Positions 32,853 to 46,746 are shown, numbered from the stretch's first letter. The stretch is DNA of 64,000 nt from an uncultured Solirubrobacteraceae bacterium (GCA_963846205.1 CAWJVB010000011.1:43217-107216), one strand, 5' to 3'. Translations and numbers: made by a program. The notes: generated by a model not told the origin, from the sequence alone.

Positions 32853-33329
32853 GTGCGGCGCGCTCTGCCCGGTGGCTTCGAGCTCGACGACGACCGCGCG
32901 CGCGTCGACGTCGACGCCGTGCACGACTTCATCAGCACCGAGTCCTACTGGGGCCTTGGTCGCTCGCGCGAGCTGGTCGACCGGGCGGTCGCCGGCTCGA
33001 CGCGCGTCGTTGGGCTGTACAACGACCCCGCCCGCCAGCCCGACCGCGGCCGGCAGGTCGGCTTCGCGCGCGCGGTCTCCGACGGAGTCAGCGTCGCCTA
33101 CCTGGCCGACGTGTACGTGCTGCCCGCCCATCGCGGCAAAGGGCTCGGACTGGAGCTCGTGCGCGAGATCGTCGACGGCAACTCGTTCGGCGAGGTGCGC
33201 TGGATGCTGCACACGGCCGACGCGCAGAAGCTGTACGCGAAGCTCGGCTTCGTCGAAGGCGAACCGCCGTATCCGCTGATGGAACGACCGCCCGGCCGCG
33301 CCGGTACGCCCGCCGTCGGGCGCCAGTAG
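32853..33329 (+). CDS. GNAT acetyltransferase
   Basis: ESYW, QVGFARAVSD, YLADVYVLPAHRGKGLG, LHTADA..LYAKLGF. Confidence 0.9.
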   Translation: MRRALPGGFELDDDRARVDVDAVHDFISTESYWGLGRSRELVDRAVAGSTRVVGLYNDPARQPDRGRQVGFARAVSDGVSVAYLADVYVLPAHRGKGLGLELVREIVDGNSFGEVRWMLHTADAQKLYAKLGFVEGEPPYPLMERPPGRAGTPAVGRQ

Positions 33330-33341
33330 CCTTCCCCGCCC

Positions 33342-34601
33342 GTGAGCAGCTCACCCGCCAGCGCGACCCCGACCGCCTCCTACGAGGCCGACCCGACCTC
33401 GGTCCGGCGCGTGCTGCTGCTGTACTCGGGCGGCCTGGACACGAGCGTGATGCTCAAGTGGATCCAGGACGAGTACGGCGCCGAGGTGGTGTGCCTGACG
33501 GTCAACCTCGGACAGCCGGGCGAGGACTACGAGGTGATCAAGGGCAAGGCGCTGCGGCTCGGAGCGCTCGACTGCCACGTGGTCGACGCGCGCGAGCAGT
33601 TCGCGCGCGAGTACGTCGCGCCGGCGATCAAGGCCAACGCCCTGTACGGCGGCGGCTATCCGCTGTTCACGGCGCTCGGCCGGCCGCTGATCGCCAAGCT
33701 GGCCGTCGAGCAGGCGCGCGCCTCGGGCTGCGACACGATCGCGCACGGCTGCACGGGCAAGGGCAACGACCAGGTGCGCATCGAGGCCACGATCGCCACG
33801 CTCGCGCCCGAGCTGAAGGTGATCGCGCCGGTCCGCTCGTGGCAGATGGGCCGCGAGCAGGAGATCGCCTACGCGCGCGAGCACGGCATCCCCGTCAAGG
33901 GCGGCACGGAGGCGGCGCCGTACTCGATCGACGACAACCTGTGGGGGCGCTCATCGGAGGGACGCTGGATCGAGGACCTCGAGCACGCGCCCGAGGACGA
34001 CGTGTTCCAGCTGGTCACGCGCCCCGAGCAGGCGCCCGACGAGCCCGAGACCGTGGCCGTTGAGTTCGAGCGGGGCGTGCCCGTCGCGCTGGACGGCGAG
34101 CGGCTCGAGCTGGTCGCCCTGCTCGAACGCGCCGCCGAGATCGGCGCGCGCCACGGCGTCGGCATCGTCGATCACATCGAGGACCGGATCGTCGGCCTGA
34201 AGGTGCGCGACATCTACGAGGTGCCCGCGGCCGCGATCCTGCTGCCCGCCCACCACGAGCTCGAGCGGCTCGTCGGCACCATCCACCAGAACCAATTCAA
34301 GCCCCAGCTCGACCAGCAGTGGGCCTTTCTGGTGTATGCGGGCCTGTGGTGGGAGCCGCTGCGCGACGATCTCGACGCCTACATGGAGCGCGTCAACGAG
34401 CGCGTCAGCGGCACGATCGGCGTGAAGCTGTTCAAGGGTCACGCGCGCGTCGTCACACGCTCCTCGGCGAACGCCGTGTACGACGCGAGCCTGGCCTCCT
34501 TCGCCCAGTCCGGCGGACTGTTCTCGCAGGCCGCCGCGCCCGGGTTCATCGAGTTGTGGTCGCTGCAGTCGCGGCTGGCGTGGCGCCTGCGCAACGAGTA
34601 G
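33342..34601 (+). CDS. argG: Argininosuccinate synthase
   Basis: LYSGGLDTS, AHGCTGKGNDQVR, YSIDDNLWGRSSEG. Confidence 0.97.
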   Translation: MSSSPASATPTASYEADPTSVRRVLLLYSGGLDTSVMLKWIQDEYGAEVVCLTVNLGQPGEDYEVIKGKALRLGALDCHVVDAREQFAREYVAPAIKANALYGGGYPLFTALGRPLIAKLAVEQARASGCDTIAHGCTGKGNDQVRIEATIATLAPELKVIAPVRSWQMGREQEIAYAREHGIPVKGGTEAAPYSIDDNLWGRSSEGRWIEDLEHAPEDDVFQLVTRPEQAPDEPETVAVEFERGVPVALDGERLELVALLERAAEIGARHGVGIVDHIEDRIVGLKVRDIYEVPAAAILLPAHHELERLVGTIHQNQFKPQLDQQWAFLVYAGLWWEPLRDDLDAYMERVNERVSGTIGVKLFKGHARVVTRSSANAVYDASLASFAQSGGLFSQAAAPGFIELWSLQSRLAWRLRNE

Positions 34602-34701
34602 CGCCGGCGCCTGCCGGTAGTTGCCACGCGCATCGATGCGGCGCAGCGCGGGCGCCGCACCGGGTGACTAGCGCCCGGGCGCAAAGGGTAGGATCACGCG
34701 C

Positions 34702-34857
34702 ATGAACGGCAACGGCTACAAGCTCCTGGGGTTGCTCGTCTGGCGCGGGGGGAAGTGGTACCTGCGCAGGCGGCTGCCGTCCGCGCAGCTGACGGCGGTG
34801 TCGGCCGTCGCTGGTGTGTCCGCGCTCGTTGCGATCGCACGCCGTGCGACGGGCTGA
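34702..34857 (+). CDS. 51-aa small membrane-associated protein (not in ORF track)
   Basis: MNGNGYKLLGLLVWRGGKWYLRRRLPSAQLTAVSAVAGVSALVAIARRATG; TAGGAT 7 nt upstream. Confidence 0.65.
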   Translation: MNGNGYKLLGLLVWRGGKWYLRRRLPSAQLTAVSAVAGVSALVAIARRATG

Positions 34858-34914
34858 GCGCGGGCGTGCGCGCCGGCCCGGGCTGTCCGGGTCTCGGCGT
34901 AGCTTGCGGGCATC

Positions 34915-36139
34915 GTGATCGCCGAGGGCAGCGAGACGCCGGGCGAGGGGCGGGGAGGCGCCGCGGAGGGCCGCGGGCGCCGCAGCGAGGGCGACCTGCT
35001 GGCTGAACGGCGGGCGCGCCGCGCCGCCGAATCGGGCGAGCACTCGTTGATGCTGCGCGCCGAGGCGGCCGAGGCGACGGTGCGGTCGCTGGAGACCCAC
35101 GTCGCCAGCCTGCAGGACCGCCTGCGCGAGGTCGAGCAGGAAGGACGGCAGGCTGCAGAGCGGCTCGAGGTGACCCGCGCGCCCAGCGACAGAGCGGCGC
35201 CGGCGCGGCACGAGGAGCCGTTGCCACGCGAGCCGCTCGAGCGCGAGCTGCAGCGCGTCTCGCAGCGCGAGTACGCCGAGCAGCGCCTGCGCGTCGAGGC
35301 CGAAGACCGCCGTGCCGAGGTCGAACGCGAGTCGCGGGCGGAGGTGGAGCGGCTGGGCAGACGGCTCAGCGCGAGCGAGCGCGAAGCGCAGGCGCTCGAG
35401 GTCCGCCTGGACAGCGTCCAGCGCGAGCTGGACGAGGCCGAGCAGGCCGCGGTCACCGAGCGGGCCGCGTTGCTGCGAACCGAACGTGTCCTGCGCTCCC
35501 GCTTGGCCGAGCTCGAGGGTTCTGCGCTCGAGATGCACGGCATGCTCGAGGCCGAGCGCGCGGCGCGCAGGCGGGCCGAATACCTGCTGGACGCGCTGCG
35601 CAGCGCACAGCGGAGCGCGCTCGGCATGCTCGGCGCCGCTCGCCGACGCGATCGCGCGCCTGCGCGACGCGACCTTGCAGGCGGCCTCCACGACGCCGGC
35701 GCCAGAGCAGCCGCTCGCCGCGGCCCCCGCTCCCGCGCAGCCGCCTGCGGTGCCTGCCAGCGTGATGCCGCACACGCCGATGCCCGCGATTGCGGCGCCG
35801 CCGGCGCCTGCGCCCGGCTTCGCGCCCACCGTGGCGTCCGAGGATGCGCTCGGCTCATCCGGGAGCCTCGAGCAGGCGACCACGGCGAACGATGCGCAGG
35901 CGCCATCAGGGCCAGGCCCTGTGGCGGCGGAGCCGGGCGAGCCGGACGGCGGCGAGATGGCACAGGCGCTGGCGGCGGCGGTCGAGCGGTTGCGCGCGCG
36001 TGTCGAAGAGCAGGGCGGCCCGGCCGAGGAGCCAGACGCGACGCGCCCGCCGCACAAGCACAGCATGTCGCTGATCACACGGACGCGCCTGCGGCTGCGG
36101 CGACGCCGCGAACGTCGCAAACAGCGAAGCGAATCCTGA
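34915..36139 (+). CDS. Coiled-coil hypothetical protein with Pro/Ala linker, frameshift near 35640
   Basis: E/R/A-rich heptads; C-terminal MAQALAAAVERLRAR...PHKHSMS. Confidence 0.7.
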
Positions 36140-36186
36140 TCGAGCCGGTCGGCCTCCGCCGCCTCGGCGCATAACATCGAGCGACG

Positions 36187-39749
<3,563 letters not shown>

Positions 39750-39775
39750 CTCGACCCGCTTCGACGGCCGGCTCA

Positions 39776-40637
39776 CTACCGGCGTGCGGCGATGCCCTGA
39801 CTACGCAGGCGCCATCGCCAGCGCGACTTCCTTGCGCGACGGGCCTTCGCGATTCTCGCCGGGCGTCTCGAGCACGCACGGGAGCTTCTGCACGGAGGGC
39901 GCAGACAGAAACGCGCTGCAGCCCCTTCGTCCGAGCTCGCCCGTGCCCAGGTTGGCGTGACGATCGCGGTTGGAGCCCAGCGGGGCCTGCGAGTCGTTGA
40001 GATGAAGCGAACGCACGCGTCCGCGGCCGAGCTTGCGCGAGCACTCGCGCAGCACCGAGGCCATGCCGTCGGGCGTACGGATGTCATAGCCCGAGGCGAA
40101 TAGGTGGCACGAATCCAGGCACACCCCCAGACGCCGGCCGCCGCCGGCCGCCTCGAGCAGCGCCGCGAGCTCGTCGACCGAGCGGCCGAGCGTCCCGCCC
40201 GCGCCGGCCGTGTTCTCGAGGTGCAGCTCGCAGCCCTCGCTGTCGGCGAGCGCCCGCGCAATCGTCTCGCCGGCTCGGGCGATCGCCTCGCCGGCGTGGC
40301 CGGTCTTGGCCGAGCCCGGATGCAGGACGACGCCGCTGGCGCCAATCGACTGGCCGACGCGCAGGGAGTGGGTTAGCGAGGCGAGCGATTTGGCGCGGAT
40401 GTCGCGGTCATCGGAGGCGCAGTTGATCAGGTACACGGCGTGGATCAGCACGGCGTCGATCGAGCTGTCGGCCATCGCCTCGCGGAACGCCGCGACGTCC
40501 TCGTCGCGGTAGGCGGTCGGTTTCCACTGGCGCGGCGACTGGTTGAAGATCTGGATCGAGCGGCAGCCGCGCTGCACGCCCCGTTCGATCGCCTTGGGGA
40601 GGCCCCCGGCGGGGGACACGTGGGCGCCGATCAGCAT
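39776..40637 (-). CDS. nfo: Endonuclease IV
   Basis: IGAHVS, HAVYLIN, VLHPGS, LENTAG, CLDSCHLF, HLNDS, DRH, VLETP; last codons probably frameshifted. Confidence 0.95.
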
Positions 40638-40730
40638 GCTGGCGGATTATGAGAGTTCGGGCGCTGGGGCGTCGTCGGCCCAGACTCTGGACTCCGCCGG
40701 GCTCGATCGAGCGGTCCACGGTGAGCGCCA

Positions 40731-40765
40731 ACCCCGGCGGCGGAGCGTGGCCGCGCCGCCGGGGT
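40731..40765. terminator. 12-bp hairpin downstream of the secreted gene
   Basis: ACCCCGGCGGCG...CGCCGCCGGGGT. Confidence 0.5.
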
Positions 40766-40809
40766 CGCCTGTCGGCTAGGAGCTCAGCGATCTACGAACC
40801 GCTTGCCGC

Positions 40810-41430
40810 TCAGCGAACTTTGACGTACGTGGTCGGAGTGAGAGTGTCGGTGCCGAGGAGCTCGAAGTATTTGCCCGGCCCGCCTTTGAAGACCCCTGAT
40901 GCGGCTGTCGATTTCAGCGCATCGGTAGCGATTTTCGGATTCCACAGGTGTCCGGGCGGATGGTAGATCGCCGTCGAGCCGCTCACCGTACATTTCACTT
41001 CGAGCGAGACGTTTTCGAAAGCGTCGTTGCTCGGAAAGGCGAGTTCTGAGAACCAGGGCAGGCTCGCGCCGCCTTTGATCGTGAAGGTTTCACTGGTGAC
41101 GCACGGGTCAGGGCCGAGTTCGCCGCACAGCGCTTCGAAGGTCGTCATGTGATCGATGCCTTCGGTGCTGGTGAGTTCGTTTTCAATCGTCTCCGTGTCT
41201 GTTCCCGAGCACGTTGTTTTGAAATGAACCCCGCTGGCCCGTTCGCCGGCGAGCCCGAATTGAATCGAGCTTTTGAGCGTTTCCGGCGTCGCCAATGGAA
41301 GAACTTTCCAGCCCCCCGTCGAAGCTTTCACTTCCCATTTCGGTACGAACGACTGGGCTGCGGCCGGCACGATCACAAATGCGGCGACCGCGAGCAGCGA
41401 TACGAGGCCGAGCCTGAGCTTGCTGTTCAT
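40810..41430 (-). CDS. Secreted beta-rich hypothetical protein
   Basis: AGGAGG RBS, signal peptide MNSKLRLGLVSLLAVAAFVIVPAAAQS, four Cys. Confidence 0.85.
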   Translation of the reverse strand: MNSKLRLGLVSLLAVAAFVIVPAAAQSFVPKWEVKASTGGWKVLPLATPETLKSSIQFGLAGERASGVHFKTTCSGTDTETIENELTSTEGIDHMTTFEALCGELGPDPCVTSETFTIKGGASLPWFSELAFPSNDAFENVSLEVKCTVSGSTAIYHPPGHLWNPKIATDALKSTAASGVFKGGPGKYFELLGTDTLTPTTYVKVR

Positions 41431-41782
41431 GTTGCCTCCTGTACGCATTGAGCTTTGACGACCGAGCGCTGCTGCGCTCGGCGTGTTGCTGCGGGAGAGC
41501 GGCGCAACGCATCGAGCAGCAACGTGGCGCGACGTCGCCAGCTACCCCGTGCGGCGCGGTATTGCGATCCCCCATCGCGTCTCTCACCCCCTGCTTGCCC
41601 GGAGCAGCTACGAGCGACCCCCGGATGGGCGCGATGCTAACGCATCCGCACACCGCCGGCACTCGCTGGCCCGAGCGGCAACGCGCTGCCCTGTCACACG
41701 CGATTCACGACGTAGCTCGCCACCGGACAGCCGTGGCTCTAGGCAGTTGATCCCGCCCGCAACGATGAGCAGCTTGCTCGGC

Positions 41783-41946
41783 CTACCCGCTGAGTTTGGC
41801 CGCGCGCAACGCCTCGCCGTGGTCGAGAAAGGCGCGGGAACGCCATCCCACAACGCCGCGAACTCAAAGATCAGCGCCAGCGGCGAATCGACGTGGATGC
41901 CGCTACTGAGCCCGCGTCCCTCGAGACGTGCGAGCACGAGCACGCT
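41783..41946 (-). pseudogene. C-terminal remnant of an NTF2/SnoaL-like gene
   Basis: VLVLARLEGRGLSSGIHVDSPLALIFEF...AFLDHGEALRAA; 33 nt identical to 46766-46798. Confidence 0.75.
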
Positions 41947-42010
41947 GGCCTGCGAACTAGCGAGCGATAGCGGATACTGCTGCCGACACCAATCGTCCCG
42001 GGGCATTCCA

Positions 42011-42121
42011 ATGCACACACGCCTACTCACCATCACCATCCTCGCGGCCGTGGTCGCGACGATTTCCGCCTCGCCGGCGGCCGCGACTCGCTGCGCGGGG
42101 CGCGCGACGTGGTCTGGCTGA
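42011..42121 (+). pseudogene. Signal-peptide-only remnant paralogous to 46244-46588
   Basis: MHTRLLTITILAAVVATISASPAAATRCAG versus MYRRLATTTSLIAVLAALSASPAAAERACG. Confidence 0.6.
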
Positions 42122-42160
42122 AACTTCCGGGCTAGCCATCGTGATTGGCTTGCTAGGGCC

Positions 42161-43558
42161 ATGAATCGGCCGCCTGGACAACCCATGAGGGTTCGCTTCG
42201 CACCATCGCCGACCGGCGCGCTGCACATCGGTGGCGCGCGTACGGCACTGTTCAACTGGTTGCTCGCGCGCCACTTCGGCGGCGAGATGGTGCTGCGCAT
42301 CGAGGACACCGACCGGGAGCGCTCCATGCCAGAGAACGTCGAGCAGATCCTCGACTCGCTGCGCTGGCTCGAGCTCGACTGGGACGAGGGGCCGATCATG
42401 CAGAGCGACCGCGCCCAGCGACACGAGCAGGCGCTGGCAGCTCTGCTCGATGCCGATCTGGCCTATCGCTCGAGCGCCACGGCACAGGACGTCAAGGCCT
42501 TCAAGGAGCTGCACGGAGCCCACCGCGGCTTCCGCGCCGAGCCGGAGCACGAGGGCGCCGTGCGCCTGCGCGTGCCCGACGGCGCGACCGTCGTGCACGA
42601 CGCGGTCCGCGGCGACACCCGCTTCGAGCATGTGCACATGGACGATCCTGTGATCGCCCGCGCCGACGGCTCGGTGCTGTACAACTTCGCGGTCGCGATC
42701 GACGACCTGGACGCGCGAATCACGCACGTGGTTCGCGGCGAGGACCACCTCTCGAACACCCCCAAGCAGCTGCTCGTGCTGGAGGCGGCGAGGGCCGTCG
42801 GCCTCGGCGATGGAGCGCCACTGCCGCAGTACGCGCACCTACCGCTGCTGCACGGCCCGGACGGCAAAAAGCTCTCCAAGCGCCACGGCGCCGCGTCGGT
42901 CGGCGAGCTGCGCGAGGCCGGTTACCTGCCGGCCGCCGTGCGCAACTACCTGGCGCTGCTTGGCTGGGGCGCCGGCGACGACCAGACCGTCCTCTCCACC
43001 GCGGAGCTGATCGAGCGCTTCACGCTGGACACGGTCAGTCGCAACCCCGCGCGCTTCGACGAGGTCAAGCTGAGATGGCTCGACGGCGTCTACATTCGAT
43101 CGCTTCCACTCGATGAGCTCGTCGAGCGGCTGGGCCCATACCTGGACGCCACTGGTCATGCGGGAATCCGCGATCAGCCCCGGTTCGCGCGCGCGGTCGA
43201 GATCAGCCAGGAGAAGATCCACACTCTCGCGGACTTCTGGCCGATGACGGGACCGCTGCTGGCCGAGCCGGTCGACGATGCCAAGGCGCGCGAGCGCTGG
43301 CTGGGGCCTGCTGGGCTGGCGATCCTCGCCGACGAGCGCGCCGCGCTCGCCGGCGCGTCGAGCTTTGAGGAGCCGGACATCGCGCGGGCCCTCGAAGCGA
43401 TCGTCAGCAGCCGCTCGGTGAAGCCGCGCGAGGTCTATCAACCCCTGCGCGTGGCGCTCACCGGAACGACGATCTCTCCGGGCATCTTCGAGAGCGTCGC
43501 CCTGCTCGGGCGCGAGGAGACCCTACGGCGACTGGACGCGGCGCTCGTGCGCGGATAA
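42161..43558 (+). CDS. gltX: Glutamate--tRNA ligase
   Basis: RVRFAPSPTGALHIGGAR, LRIEDTD, RGEDHLSNT, KKLSKR. Confidence 0.97.
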   Translation: MNRPPGQPMRVRFAPSPTGALHIGGARTALFNWLLARHFGGEMVLRIEDTDRERSMPENVEQILDSLRWLELDWDEGPIMQSDRAQRHEQALAALLDADLAYRSSATAQDVKAFKELHGAHRGFRAEPEHEGAVRLRVPDGATVVHDAVRGDTRFEHVHMDDPVIARADGSVLYNFAVAIDDLDARITHVVRGEDHLSNTPKQLLVLEAARAVGLGDGAPLPQYAHLPLLHGPDGKKLSKRHGAASVGELREAGYLPAAVRNYLALLGWGAGDDQTVLSTAELIERFTLDTVSRNPARFDEVKLRWLDGVYIRSLPLDELVERLGPYLDATGHAGIRDQPRFARAVEISQEKIHTLADFWPMTGPLLAEPVDDAKARERWLGPAGLAILADERAALAGASSFEEPDIARALEAIVSSRSVKPREVYQPLRVALTGTTISPGIFESVALLGREETLRRLDAALVRG

Positions 43559-43597
43559 GCGTCGCTCAGGTGCCTGCGATATGGCGGCGTCTCGCAC

Positions 43598-43625
43598 TCA
43601 ACCGTTGGCCGTGAGCTGCCGATAG
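43598..43625 (+). promoter_or_regulatory. Sigma-28 (FliA/WhiG)-like promoter
   Basis: TCAA-N16-GCCGATAG, against consensus TAAA-N15/16-GCCGATAA. Confidence 0.6.
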
Positions 43626-43679
43626 GTGATCTACGAGCGGCCGACAAGGATGGTCGATCCCCGAGTAATACCGGCACGC

Positions 43680-44849
43680 ATGCAGGCAACCGCTTCCAAG
43701 TCAAAGACCAAGACCCCAGCAAAGCCGAAGACGAAGCCCAGGAAGGTGAGCGCCGCCAAGAAGGCGAGCGCCCCCCGACAGGGACGGCGTTCGGCGGCGC
43801 CGGCGGCCGCTCCGGCACAGGCCGAGCGCCACCAGAACGAGGGTCATGGACGCCGCCTGACGTTGGCGTTCGAAGCGCTCGAGGCGTTTCCGGCGCTGGC
43901 AGAGTCGCGCGACAGGCTGTTGTCGGTGATCGCCAAGGACCACGTTGCGACGGCCGACGTCGTCGCGGCGGTCGAGTCCGACGTGGCTCTGCTCACGGCG
44001 GTGCTGCGCCTGGCCAATCAGGCACAGGGCAGGCGCGGTCGCGTGGACACGGCGGTGGCGGCCGTCGAGCTGCTGACCCCGCAACGGGTGCAGGCGCTCG
44101 GCTCGCGCGTGCGCACGTTTGACTTCTTCGAGCGCTCGAGCGTGTGGGAAGCGGCGCCCGAGCGCTTCCGCCTGCACGCGCTGTCCACGCAGCACGCGGC
44201 GGACCGGATTGCCGCCGAGGTCGGCTTCGAGCACCGCGATCGCTTGACCGCGTCGAGCCTGTTGCACGACATCGGCAAGCTTGTGCTGCTGCACGCCTAC
44301 CCGGGCTACCCGTCGCAGGTCCATCGCGGCGCGCGCACGCCCGAGGACCGTATCCACCAGGAGCGACGGGAGCTGGGGGTCGACCACGCGCTCGTTGGCG
44401 GCGTGCTGGCCCGGCGTTGGGGCTTGCCGGCGACGATCGCGTCGACGATCGAGCGCCACCACAACCTCGACGTCGAGGGCGAGGCGGCGTGCGTGCGCCT
44501 CGCCGACATGCTCGCCCACTACGAGCAGGGGGCTCCGGTCTCGCCCGCGGAAATGCTGCGCACGGCACGGGCCGTCGGCCTCGGGCCCGTAGAGCTGCGC
44601 CGCGTCATGTACGAACTGCCGAGCGTGCCCTCGCAGCGCCGCCGCCACGTGGACCCGTGCCCGCTGTCCGGGCGCGAGCTGGGCGTGCTCCAGCGCCTCG
44701 CCGAGGGCAAGGTGTACAAGCAGATCGCGCACGAGCTGACGCTCTCGACGAGCACGGTGCGCACGCACCTGCACAACATCTACGGCAAGCTCGGCGCGGT
44801 CGACCGCGCGCAGGCGGTGCTGATCGCCACCGAGCGCGGCTGGCTCTGA
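43680..44849 (+). CDS. HDOD domain-LuxR HTH fusion regulator
   Basis: VESDVAL..VLRLAN, LLHDIGK, GVDHA..G..LA..WGLP..I..HH; C-terminal LSGRE..VL..LAEG..YKQIA..L.LS.STVRTHL.NIYGKL. Confidence 0.92.
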   Translation: MQATASKSKTKTPAKPKTKPRKVSAAKKASAPRQGRRSAAPAAAPAQAERHQNEGHGRRLTLAFEALEAFPALAESRDRLLSVIAKDHVATADVVAAVESDVALLTAVLRLANQAQGRRGRVDTAVAAVELLTPQRVQALGSRVRTFDFFERSSVWEAAPERFRLHALSTQHAADRIAAEVGFEHRDRLTASSLLHDIGKLVLLHAYPGYPSQVHRGARTPEDRIHQERRELGVDHALVGGVLARRWGLPATIASTIERHHNLDVEGEAACVRLADMLAHYEQGAPVSPAEMLRTARAVGLGPVELRRVMYELPSVPSQRRRHVDPCPLSGRELGVLQRLAEGKVYKQIAHELTLSTSTVRTHLHNIYGKLGAVDRAQAVLIATERGWL

Positions 44850-44959
44850 GACTGCCAGCGGGCGGCGCGGACCGTCTCAGCCTGCGTACCGACCTCGGCC
44901 GTAGCGCAAAGGCGCGTCGTCGCCCGGCCTTCCCGTAGCATCGGCATCGTGATGCGCAG

Positions 44960-45352
44960 ATGATCTCGATTACCAGCAAGTCGCCATACGCAGTCCTCGC
45001 GCTGGCCGAGCTGGGGCGCAGCGGCGGCGCCGAGCCGGTGCCGATCGGCGAGCTCGCGCGCAAGCGCGACGTGCCGGTGCAGTTTCTCGAGCAGCTGTTC
45101 GCCGTTTTGCGCCGCGCGGGTGTGATCAGCTCTCAGCGCGGCGTCAAGGGGGGCTACCGCTTCGCGCGTGAGCCGGGGAGCGTGAGCGTACTGGAGGTCG
45201 TCGAGCTGCTGGACGGCCCGCTCGGCCGCGACGCCCAGGGCCCGTTCGCCGACGCGGCGGCGGCGGCCCGCAAGGTCCTCCAGGAGACCTCGATCGCCGA
45301 CGTGATCGAGCGCGAGACGCGCGAGGCCGGCGCGAGCATGTACCACATCTAG
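44960..45352 (+). CDS. Rrf2-family regulator, Cys-free (CymR-like)
   Basis: YAVLALAEL, FLEQLF..LRRAG...SQRGVKGGY; ends MYHI; no Fe-S cysteines. Confidence 0.9.
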   Translation: MISITSKSPYAVLALAELGRSGGAEPVPIGELARKRDVPVQFLEQLFAVLRRAGVISSQRGVKGGYRFAREPGSVSVLEVVELLDGPLGRDAQGPFADAAAAARKVLQETSIADVIERETREAGASMYHI

Positions 45353-45537
45353 CGGGGGTGGCTCTGCTGAGCCTTCTTGGCTTGCTAGAGCTGATTCGAC
45401 CTCGATAGAGGTCGACTGAATCCGATAGAAACGGCGGGCGCGCACTTCTTCTGGGTGCGCGTCCGCCCGCCGACGGTCTCCACGTCGCTCTGAGCGCGAT
45501 TCACGCGCCACGCGGTGAAACTCGCACGGCGGCGCTC

Positions 45538-45921
45538 TCACGAGCGCAGAAACCCCTGATGCTTCTGCCGCGCCATCGCCTGCTCCGCCAGCCCCACGGC
45601 TTTGAGGGCCTCGGCTGGCTCCGTGTAGCTTTCGAAACGCAGGATCTTGCCGTCACGAACGGTCCAGACGCTCGCCCCTTTCATTTCAACCTCGTGGTTG
45701 CTTCCAGGCGTGCGGGCGAAGTGAGTGGAGTTCACGAGAACCCGCTCTCCGCAGTCGAACGCTTCGTCGATGTCCTGCCGGTAGCTCTCCCACGGCGCGA
45801 CCCACATCGACCATCCTCGCCTGAGCGCCTCCGCGTCGTGATGAATCACCGCGTCCTCGACCCGGTTCACGGACACATGCTCAAAGTCAGGGTGCAGACG
45901 TGCCGCAAACGCGTTCCACAC
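45538..45921 (-). pseudogene. 5'-truncated NTF2/SnoaL-like gene
   Basis: LHPDFE...PWESY...FDCGERVLV...VWTVRDGKILRFESY.EPAEALKAVGL; the usual TAG reads CAG. Confidence 0.7.
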
Positions 45922-46243
45922 GTGCGTGCCGAAACGCGGGAGCCATCCGGCGCCGAAGCTTTGATGTACAGACGAATCGCGACCGGCGCGATCCTCGCCA
46001 CCGTCCCACGGTCCTGCCTACCACGGTGGACCGTTTCCCGAAGAGTGGGTGACGCTTGCGAACGGATGGCAATGCAGTGTCGTCGTAGGTGGACAGGCCG
46101 CCTGCTCTCGTGGCGGGTCGGTTCAGAATGCGCACGAAGTGATCGTCCTGCAACGGTAAAAGCGCTTTGCGTCAAATTGCGCCGGACCTGCGGCGCGAAT
46201 GTCGAACTCATCTATCACGCACTGGAAAGCTAAGGGGACTTCG

Positions 46244-46588
46244 ATGTACAGACGACTCGCCACGACCACCTCGCTGATCGCCGTGCTAGCTGCCCTTTCC
46301 GCGAGCCCAGCGGCTGCCGAACGAGCCTGCGGCACGATTCACGGGGAGGGGCAGACCTTGAAAGTGTCGGTCGCGCGTGGACACGCCTCCTGCGCCGAAG
46401 CGCGGCAGACCTTGAGCAGCTTCTTTGATCGCCGTTGGCCTCAACATGGGGGGCCCGCCATGGCCAGCCTTTATTGGTCGCTCCCCAAAGGATGGCGCTG
46501 CCAGCTCGCGACGGGCGGGGGCGGCGGCTGCTACCGCGGCGGGTCTACGTACGCCACCGAGCGGGATCTCATAGGGGCGACGCCCTAG
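46244..46588 (+). CDS. Small Cys-containing secreted protein
   Basis: AAGGGG RBS, signal peptide, ACG...SCAEAR...GWRC...CYRG. Confidence 0.75.
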   Translation: MYRRLATTTSLIAVLAALSASPAAAERACGTIHGEGQTLKVSVARGHASCAEARQTLSSFFDRRWPQHGGPAMASLYWSLPKGWRCQLATGGGGGCYRGGSTYATERDLIGATP

Positions 46589-46731
46589 TTCGCGAGCAGC
46601 CCAACGGGCTCGTGTTCGGCGCGACCGCGACGTCGCCGTTCACGGGGACACCGACCGCGCAGCGAGCCAAGCGGGCGTGGACGAAGGCCAAGCTCGCGCC
46701 GATCACGCTGCACGAGTGCCGCCACACCACT
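46589..46731 (+). mobile_element. Tyrosine recombinase/integrase remnant
   Basis: GLVFGATATSPF...RAKRAW...LAPITLHECRHT (H-x-x-R-H box); both ends missing. Confidence 0.75.
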
Positions 46732-46746
46732 CGAATTGGATTCCGG

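Noticed and set aside
42145-45388. 12-bp direct repeat TTGGCTTGCTAG flanking gltX-HDOD-rrf2 as att sites
   Set aside because: 12-mer matches are expected by chance in 64 kb, and the enclosed genes are core.
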